A stretch of DNA of 64,000 bases from Candidatus Marinacidobacterales bacterium (lineage in GTDB: Bacteria; Acidobacteriota; Vicinamibacteria; Marinacidobacterales; DATDRI01): the NCBI GenBank assembly GCA_965226495.1, contig OZ245365.1, positions 3,232,001 through 3,296,000 on the forward strand, read 5' to 3'. Made by a program: the position numbers and the translations under genes. Below the pieces are notes generated by a model. It saw only the letters and a program-made list of their open reading frames with translations. It was not told the DNA's origin and ran no database searches. Shown piece by piece: positions 56,875 to 64,000 of this stretch. Position 1 is the first letter of the stretch. Every line of letters begins with the position of its first letter.

Positions 56875-58083
56875 ATGCCGGAAATGAAAGGAAAAGAGCT
56901 TCGACTGCTTGGCGCAAGCTACTGTACGGCGCCGGTCGAGGTGAGGGAGTCTCTCGGCCACTTCGTCGCCGAGACTAAAGCGCGCTTGCTGCCGAACGAA
57001 CCAGAAGAGTTGGAGCTCGTCGTCCTTTCTACCTGCAATCGCATTGAGATTTACACTTGGGCCCCGATACAGGCTGACTACCTGGACCAATGGTTTCGAC
57101 AGATTGCCGATAGCATTCGGCCCGGCGGCGCCTTTTCGAACGAAACGCTATATCACCATCGAGGCGAGTCAGCGGCGCGGCATCTGTTCCGAGTCGCTTG
57201 CGGGCTGGACTCGGCGGTCCTGGGTGATGTGCAGATACTGTCGCAGATCAAGCAGGCCCGGACGGCCGCGAAGGAGGCGCGAAGGCTTGGCATCTTCCTG
57301 GAACAGATCTTTCGGGTGGCCATCCAAGCGGGAAAACGGGCAAGACACGAAACCGAGATCGGGTATGGTGCGGCCAGCGTGGGTTCCGCCCTCGCCAGCA
57401 TGCTCCGCCACCGCTCGAACTCCGGTTCTTTTCGCATCCTCCTTATCGGAGCCGGTAACGCCGCTCGCAACATTGGTCTGCACCTTGCCAAATCCGAGCT
57501 AGGCTCCATTGTATGCATCAACCGCACCCGCCACAAAGCGAACGAGCTTGCCCTTCAGTTGGGGGGAAAGTCCCGGGCCTGGGACGAGCTCGAACCAGCG
57601 TTGCTCGAAAGCGACCTTGTCATTGCCGCGACATCGGCCGCCGAGCCCGTCCTTCAGAAAAACGACCTTGAGGAATTAGCCCGCCGGCGGCGCGGCGCGC
57701 CCATTTTGATCGTCGACGCTGGCCTTCCCAGAAATGTGGAACCTGGCTCTCCTTTGGACGTGATTGGGATCGATGAAGTCCGTGAGCGGCAGGAACAGGT
57801 TATGGCAAGGCGTCGGGCTTCGGTGCCATCGGTGGAGCGAATCGTTCAGGACGCGGTCGAGGAGTGGCGACACTGGGTTGTTTCTAGGCCCATAGAGGAA
57901 ATCGTTCGATCCCTGTTTCAAGAAGTGCCCAGCTACACAAGACAGGCGGCAGCCAGCCTCGTCGACGGCAAAGTACTGACGCCGGAAAAAGCAGAACGAA
58001 TCCTCGAGAAGTCTGTTCGGCAACTCCTCCATGACCACGTCCGCCGCCTGCGCACCCTCGCCGTCCCGGGCCAGTCGCACTAA
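56875..58083 (+). CDS. hemA: Glutamyl-tRNA reductase
   Basis: STCNRIE, HLFRVACGLDS.VLGD.QIL.Q, IGAG, NRT, D.GLPRNVE. Confidence 0.85.
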   Translation: MPEMKGKELRLLGASYCTAPVEVRESLGHFVAETKARLLPNEPEELELVVLSTCNRIEIYTWAPIQADYLDQWFRQIADSIRPGGAFSNETLYHHRGESAARHLFRVACGLDSAVLGDVQILSQIKQARTAAKEARRLGIFLEQIFRVAIQAGKRARHETEIGYGAASVGSALASMLRHRSNSGSFRILLIGAGNAARNIGLHLAKSELGSIVCINRTRHKANELALQLGGKSRAWDELEPALLESDLVIAATSAAEPVLQKNDLEELARRRRGAPILIVDAGLPRNVEPGSPLDVIGIDEVRERQEQVMARRRASVPSVERIVQDAVEEWRHWVVSRPIEEIVRSLFQEVPSYTRQAAASLVDGKVLTPEKAERILEKSVRQLLHDHVRRLRTLAVPGQSH

Positions 58084-58296
58084 CTCGAACAACTCTTCAT
58101 CCCAAGTAGCGACGGCAACATCCGCTTAATGACTTAGCGAACCCTCACCCGCCGTCTGGCCACGTTCTTGTTCGGCACGGAGCATTTTGACGGCCACAGG
58201 CTTCCAAGGGGGAGAGGGAATGACGGAAGGAAGCCATCGTCCATTTCTCGTAGACCACAATCTGCTTGGCCATTCCATCACCACCCAAACCCGCCT

Positions 58297-59307
58297 CTAC
58301 TTGTGAGAAATGATGACCGCTTCGGTCATTCCGGGAGCGGGATGGATTTCGTGTTTCGAAAAGCCGGCTTCCTCGAACATCTGTTTGTATTGTGCGAAGG
58401 TGTAAGCATCCCCTCTCGGCGTGGAACACAGCATGGTGAGGGAGAACATGGCGGCGTCCGGAGGTGACACGCGGTCATCGTTGGGCACGAACTCCAAGGT
58501 CATTGCCCGTCCACCCGGCTTGAGGGCACCGTACACCCTCCTCGCCAACTCGGTGCACGTCGGTACGTCGAAATGGTGGAAGAAGTTGGTAAGCAAGACG
58601 AGGTCATAATCTGTCCCGTAATCGACCTCGAACGCGCTTCCGGGCTTGAGATGATGCCGATCTGCCACGCCCGCCGCCTGCGCATTCTCCGTTGCGACCT
58701 CTAAAACGGCGGGCCAATCGACCGCAAAGATCTCCGCCTCAGGGTTTTTCTGTGCCACGTGGATTCCGAAGAGGCCATGCCCCGCCGCGATGTCCAGCAC
58801 TTTGATCGGCCCTTGAGCCGGCCCGACGAGCTCGGCGATGAACTGCGCCGAAGGAGCGACCAGAGGAGCCATCCCCCGCGCAAACTCGATCCATAGCGGG
58901 TTCTCGGCGGTCACCGATCCGTCTTCCTCCATAAGCGTGCCGCCCTTCCGAACGGTCCCGGCAACATTCCGAAACGCATCGGCCAGGTCTGGTGCCAAGA
59001 GAAAACGAGTTGCCACACCGATATAAGCGGGCGAGCTCTTGTCGAGAAAAAGGGCGGTGTCGGGAGTCAGGCCATAGCTGTGATCGGCCTTCGTCAAGAA
59101 CCCGGCGACCACGAGATAGTCGCAGAGAATACGCACTCCTCGCTCGGTGGCGTCGAGCCGCTTGGCCAATGCATCAGCGGTGGTCGCTCCCTTAGCGATC
59201 TCGGTGAACAGACCCAGGTCGATCGCCCCCCTCAATGCCTCAGTGCGTTGGTATGCGTTGATGGTGTTAAAGATAAGCTCTGGCGACGGTGCTTTGCTCT
59301 TACTCAT
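58297..59307 (-). CDS. SAM-dependent O-methyltransferase (dimerisation domain plus Methyltransf_2)
   Basis: AIDLGLF, LDIAAGHG, NFFHHF, LKPGG. Confidence 0.85.
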   Translation of the reverse strand: MSKSKAPSPELIFNTINAYQRTEALRGAIDLGLFTEIAKGATTADALAKRLDATERGVRILCDYLVVAGFLTKADHSYGLTPDTALFLDKSSPAYIGVATRFLLAPDLADAFRNVAGTVRKGGTLMEEDGSVTAENPLWIEFARGMAPLVAPSAQFIAELVGPAQGPIKVLDIAAGHGLFGIHVAQKNPEAEIFAVDWPAVLEVATENAQAAGVADRHHLKPGSAFEVDYGTDYDLVLLTNFFHHFDVPTCTELARRVYGALKPGGRAMTLEFVPNDDRVSPPDAAMFSLTMLCSTPRGDAYTFAQYKQMFEEAGFSKHEIHPAPGMTEAVIISHK

Positions 59308-59322
59308 AAAAGCCTCACGGGT

Positions 59323-60411
59323 TTATGCTGGTAAGAAGTAGAACGCGATGGCGAGCATCACGTAGACGGCGAGCATTTGCACGCCTTCCATCCAATGGGT
59401 CAGGCCGTCCTGGCTAACGACGACGATGACTCCCACTGCCATAGCGATTGCCACGACCTCCATCGTTGTAAACCTCAGGTCGATGGGCCCCGGACCCACC
59501 GCATAACTAATGAAAACGAGCAGCGGTGCCGCAAAGAGAGCGATTTGTATCGAGGAGCCCACCGCGATGTTGATGGTTAGATCCATCTTGTTCTTGAGAG
59601 CCATGAGCACCGCGGTGGAATGCTCGGCCGCGTTTCCAATCACCGCGACCAAAACGACGCCGATGAAGACTTCTGTCATGCCCAACACATGGGCCGCTGC
59701 TTCCACCGACCCGATGAGAAGCTCGCTCATGACAGCAACCGACGACGCCGCGCCCAACAAGACGAGAAGCGAAGTACGTTTTGACCAGATTGGCCCCTCG
59801 GACTCTTCGTCCCCCGAATGCGCTCCTCCCACATAGAGGTGGGAGTGCGTTTTGAATGTGAAAACGAGAGAAACGAGGTAGGTGGCCATAAGAACTATGG
59901 CGATCATGAGACTCATCTCTTGCTCGCTCCGCAGCGCGCTGTCGCCCGCAACCATGTGAAAGATCGCCGGGATGGTGAGACCGATAGCGCTCAGGAGAAG
60001 CATGGTGGAACCATGCCCCGCTGCGATTGGATTGAAGGTTTGTCTTTGGAACCGGAGACCACCCAAGAAAGCAGAGAGCCCGAAGACGAGCAGGATGTTG
60101 CCGATGATGGAACCGGTTATCGACGCTTTGACCAGATCGTGTAGTCCGGCCCGCAGGGCAAGAATAGCAATGATCAACTCTGCCGCGTTGCCGAACGTTG
60201 CGTTCAGAAAGGCCCCCATTCCCTGCCCGACTCGCTCCGCCAAGTGCTCGGTCGCTTTCCCCATGAGACCGGCCAGAGGAATGATGGCCAAGCCGGAGGT
60301 GATGAATACCGGCAACCCCCCTTGATGAAACACGTACTCGAGCAGGAAAGAAATGGGAACGAAGACAAGCAGGAGAAGGAGAATGTTTTCGACTGTGAAG
60401 AGTTTCTTCAT
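59323..60411 (-). CDS. cax: Ca2+/H+ antiporter (CAX)
   Basis: [30 protein letters not shown]. Confidence 0.9.
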   Translation of the reverse strand: MKKLFTVENILLLLLVFVPISFLLEYVFHQGGLPVFITSGLAIIPLAGLMGKATEHLAERVGQGMGAFLNATFGNAAELIIAILALRAGLHDLVKASITGSIIGNILLVFGLSAFLGGLRFQRQTFNPIAAGHGSTMLLLSAIGLTIPAIFHMVAGDSALRSEQEMSLMIAIVLMATYLVSLVFTFKTHSHLYVGGAHSGDEESEGPIWSKRTSLLVLLGAASSVAVMSELLIGSVEAAAHVLGMTEVFIGVVLVAVIGNAAEHSTAVLMALKNKMDLTINIAVGSSIQIALFAAPLLVFISYAVGPGPIDLRFTTMEVVAIAMAVGVIVVVSQDGLTHWMEGVQMLAVYVMLAIAFYFLPA

Positions 60412-60535
60412 GCGCTGACCCGAAACAGGCGGGGATGTTACCCCGCACTCATATGATCTGGCAACCTAAGAGAGACCAATGTCAAACAAAAACCCGGGAG
60501 TGAGTTGCCTGACCAGGAAAGCGTTCTTGTGATGG

Positions 60536-61058
60536 CTACGCCCCCAGCCTGGCATCCAGCCACGATAGCACCTCGCTCGCCATTCCGACCCGATTCTTCC
60601 GGGTCACCTCCCAGAGCTCAATATCTGCTCTTTCTTTCACCGCCTCAATGAAGCCACTTCCCTTTCGCGCCACCGTAGCAACTAACAGTTGTCGGGAATC
60701 GAGCAGCGCCGAGACGGCCTCGACGAAACGCTGCGAGAAGCATTCCATCTTGCCGATCTCGTCGACGATGAAGAGGGCCGGAGTCGGCCGGGATGAGCGT
60801 GGACTCGACGACCCGTTCGAGCGCCGCGACCTCCATCCCGTAACGGCCCACGCGTTGAGGTGAGGTCGAGTCGACGTGCGCCAGAACCGCCCCGTCACCC
60901 TCAAAGGGTGCAAGACGAAATCCCGCACGCTCCTTGTCCCGGCGGATCTCGTCGGTGAGAAACCCCCGGAGCTTCGTCGTTGGGAGGCTGGCCACGACCT
61001 TCCGGAGAATGGTCGTCTTCCCGATACCGGGCGAGCCGGTCAAGAGCAGAGCGTTCAC
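60536..61058 (-). pseudogene. NTPase (THEP1/NTPase_1 family), frameshifted near 60790
   Basis: LTGSPGIGKTT and VGRY are in one frame; IVDEIGKME is in the other. Confidence 0.75.
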
Positions 61059-62080
61059 TCTGGAGATTCTGGGGATTCCTTGTTTTCCGATTCACCGGGT
61101 GACGCGGCAGGCGCAACAGGCGCGGACTCTTCGGCTCTGGCCACGCCTTGGTACATAGCCAACTGACCTCCGTAGAATGACAACCGAACGACCAGCTTCG
61201 CGACCAAGTAGGCCTGGCCGATCACGAAAGCAAGTACGACCCCGGTCATAGTGGACTGCCCCGCGCCGGGAGCCGCCAACGAGTACAGGCCGAGTAGAAC
61301 AATCGCCAGGATACCTAGCCCATAGTAGAGCCCGAACGTCTTCGCCGGGTGAGAAAGGACGAACACAAAGCCTCGCAGCGCCGCGAGGACCATGCTGCTC
61401 CGATCCTCCACAAAAGTGGCGATCTTCGCGTAGTCGAATGCCATGTTAACCAGTGTGAGAAGAAACAGTACCGCGGCCGTTCCCAGTAGCACGACCATCA
61501 GGACGGTTCCTTCCACCGTCACATCCCGAGTCCAGTAATCGATTCGCCGAAAGAGCCAGCCCGCGAATCGGTAGACGAGGTAGTAGAGCACGCCGGCGAG
61601 GACGATCAGACGGAGGAAACGGAAGAAAAACCGCCCACCAGACGAGAAAAACCGGCTCAGGCCGAAGAAGCCTTCCGGTTTGGAGAACCGGTCCAGGATG
61701 CCTCCGACAAAGAGCGCCCACACGAGGGCGTACAGAACCCCCAGACCAACGACACCCGGGAACTGCTGGAAGAGACCTCCGAAGAGCCAGCTTTCTACGT
61801 TGTTGTAGAAGGCTCCCGCCCCGACGACGGTTGGAGTGAAGGTACGCGGAAGTCCCACCGCATCTTCCCGAAACTCTCCATACCAACCCATATCGAAACC
61901 GGTTGCCAACTCTTCGTGCACCAGGCTCGAACCGATCGATGAGCGGATCGACTCCGACACAACGACTCCGGCGGGAAGAGCGACCGCGAAGTTGACCAGC
62001 CACAACCAAATGACCAAGCCGGGAGATTCGATGGCACGCCACAAACCGACAAAGATGGCTCTTAGTACGGACATCATCAT
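61055..62080 (-). CDS. Multi-pass membrane protein coupled to the M1 peptidase gene
   Basis: Five or more hydrophobic helices, FDYAKI motif; 12 bp downstream of the peptidase. Confidence 0.75.
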   Translation of the reverse strand: MMMSVLRAIFVGLWRAIESPGLVIWLWLVNFAVALPAGVVVSESIRSSIGSSLVHEELATGFDMGWYGEFREDAVGLPRTFTPTVVGAGAFYNNVESWLFGGLFQQFPGVVGLGVLYALVWALFVGGILDRFSKPEGFFGLSRFFSSGGRFFFRFLRLIVLAGVLYYLVYRFAGWLFRRIDYWTRDVTVEGTVLMVVLLGTAAVLFLLTLVNMAFDYAKIATFVEDRSSMVLAALRGFVFVLSHPAKTFGLYYGLGILAIVLLGLYSLAAPGAGQSTMTGVVLAFVIGQAYLVAKLVVRLSFYGGQLAMYQGVARAEESAPVAPAASPGESENKESPESPE

Positions 62081-62092
62081 CCCTCCCCTCGG

Positions 62093-64000
62093 TTACACGA
62101 AGAACGCGAACGTGGCCAACGCATCCTGAAACCAAATCATCCACTTCGAAGCCCACTTTCGCGACGGAAACTTGGACGCCGGCTTCAGGAGCTGCGAATT
62201 ATTGGTGTAGTACAGATCCAAAACTAACTTCCGTTCCGGATCGACGACCGCGTACTTGAGTTGCGCCGGCCGTTCCTCGACATAAAGCTCCCAACGCGAG
62301 GCGCCGTCCCACTCCTTGCGAACCTCGGTTCCATCGTCGAAGACCATCAGGACCTCGACCGGGAAGATCGCACTACCGTTCCGGCGAACCACAACCTCGG
62401 TGCGATACAGCTTACCCTCACCATCCGGCTCGGAGTAGATGAGCTTGCCCTCTTTCTCGAGGAATCCTTTGACACTTATTGGATCGCTCGCCACCGATTG
62501 AACGGCGTAGTCAAAGGTCTCCGAGCCCCCATGCACCTGGTCGAAGAACCAAGCGAGGTCGCTCTCCGTGACCTCGTTGGCGACGTCGAAGAAGTCTTGC
62601 GGCCGGGGGTGCCGAAAGCGGAAACGCGCAAAAAAGGTGGACATAATCTCTTGGAGCGTGTCCCAACCCAAATAGCGCTCGAGCGTGAGAAGCCAAAGTG
62701 CCGTCTTGTTGTAGCTCATCGCGCTGGACGATGAGGGAAAGTACTTGAACGTCGGTGTCGATTGGAAGTCCGCCGTCGCCACCGAGCGATAGCCGTCGAG
62801 TCGACTGCCCCCCACCCGGGTACGCTTGATGTCCCTGAAGAGAACGGGGAGAAATCCACCGCGGATCCGCATCCCGGGAGGCCTCAGGTAACGCTGCACC
62901 AGCAGGCTGTCGCCGAAAGTGACCTCCATGGTGCGAGCGGTGGAGAACGTGTTGAACCCTTCGTCCAACCACGCGAACTCGAACTCGTTGTTACCTACTA
63001 ACCCATACCAGAACTGATGACCGGCCTCGTGCACCGTGACTCCCTCCGGCGACCCGCCCCCAAAGGGATTGAAGAGGCGCGTGCCGCAAGTGAAGAGGGT
63101 TGGATACTCCATCCCACCCGCCCCGGAGCCGAACGCGGGATCGACCACGGTGATGTGGTCATAAGGATAGGGCCCGAACCACTTGCCGTAATTGAGAAGC
63201 GCGGCGGCGGTCGCTTCGAAATGCCGCTCGGCCTGCTCGAGGTGCTCGGGCTGGAGGAGTAGTCTCATGTCCACCGATGGCAGCCCCGGCTCCTCGAAAC
63301 GTGACTCCCGCACCTGGTACTTGGGACTGGTGGTCCAAGTGAAATCGTGGACGTCCTCTTGCCGGTATCGGTGTGTCACCGTCTCGTCCGGATTGACTTC
63401 CAGATCCACTTCTTTCCCGGTCGCTCCTAGGACATACGCCTTCGGCACGGTCATACTGACGTCGTAGACTCCGTAGTCCGAGAAGAACTCGGTGGCGGCG
63501 TGGAACTGATGATTGTTCCAACCTTCTTCCTCGAACACACCGAGCTTGGGAAACCAATGTGCGAGAAAGAAGAAGTCTCCTCGGAAACCCGTGCGGCGGA
63601 ACGTGCGCGGAATCTTCGAGCGCCAGGCTACCTCGATCTGAATGGCCTCGTCCGGCCCCACCGGGGTCGGGAGCGGCACCACCAGAACCGTGCGATCCTC
63701 AGGATTCCCATCGTCCGGCGACGCGTAGCGCATCACGCCAGTGAGATCGTTCCCGGAGTAGCCCATCCCGGGCAACAGTTTGATGGAGTTAACCTCCACG
63801 TAGCCCCAATCGCCTTCTTCGATTCGGAGATCATCCGGCAAGCGCCCGCGTAGCCGGCTTTCTAGAAGCCATGTGCTTCGGTTGTTCCTCCAGGCGTTCC
63901 AATAGAGATGGAACCAGAGCTCGTCGGTGGGTTGCTCTTGGACGTTGGTCCAGGTGATCGTCTCTCGTCCCGTTAGCACCTTGCTCTCCGGATCCAACGT
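62093..64000 (-). CDS. M1 family metallopeptidase; 5' end outside the window
   Basis: GGMEYP, HEAGHQFW-x-WLDEG, YNK. Confidence 0.9.
   Translation of the reverse strand, partial: TLDPESKVLTGRETITWTNVQEQPTDELWFHLYWNAWRNNRSTWLLESRLRGRLPDDLRIEEGDWGYVEVNSIKLLPGMGYSGNDLTGVMRYASPDDGNPEDRTVLVVPLPTPVGPDEAIQIEVAWRSKIPRTFRRTGFRGDFFFLAHWFPKLGVFEEEGWNNHQFHAATEFFSDYGVYDVSMTVPKAYVLGATGKEVDLEVNPDETVTHRYRQEDVHDFTWTTSPKYQVRESRFEEPGLPSVDMRLLLQPEHLEQAERHFEATAAALLNYGKWFGPYPYDHITVVDPAFGSGAGGMEYPTLFTCGTRLFNPFGGGSPEGVTVHEAGHQFWYGLVGNNEFEFAWLDEGFNTFSTARTMEVTFGDSLLVQRYLRPPGMRIRGGFLPVLFRDIKRTRVGGSRLDGYRSVATADFQSTPTFKYFPSSSSAMSYNKTALWLLTLERYLGWDTLQEIMSTFFARFRFRHPRPQDFFDVANEVTESDLAWFFDQVHGGSETFDYAVQSVASDPISVKGFLEKEGKLIYSEPDGEGKLYRTEVVVRRNGSAIFPVEVLMVFDDGTEVRKEWDGASRWELYVEERPAQLKYAVVDPERKLVLDLYYTNNSQLLKPASKFPSRKWASKWMIWFQDALATFAFFV

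Overview
A 64-kb GC-rich bacterial window, probably Acidobacteriota (inferred from an ADOP-type permease, fused Ser/Thr kinases and PQQ-like and VPS10 propellers). No rRNA, tRNA or CRISPR was seen. The core of interest is 22.4-42.1 kb, which has three parts. (i) The first is a cbb3-like heme-copper oxidase operon whose subunit I appears to lack the cross-linking Tyr and has Asn at His+4. Thiol and sulfur genes follow it: CMD, rhodanese, a MetE-C-terminal-only Zn enzyme and OsmC. (ii) The second is an integrase-less integron array with three attC sites, nested IS481/IS256 elements and an HNH gene. (iii) The third is an operon matching the bacterial coenzyme M biosynthesis set (Cys-rich ORF, comA/xcbB, argH-like xcbC, purB-like xcbD, D-cysteine-desulfhydrase-like xcbE), with a lipoprotein cytochrome c inserted and no alkene monooxygenase in view. 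A second accessory block (50-58 kb) looks like an ECF-sigma regulon. It has four GTAACG-N16/17-GACT promoters in front of a tandem cytochrome P460-family protein, an anti-sigma factor, a truncated globin and hemA. Several frameshifts and local duplications suggest either pseudogenes or consensus errors. All family calls come from motif recognition by eye; no database searches were run.
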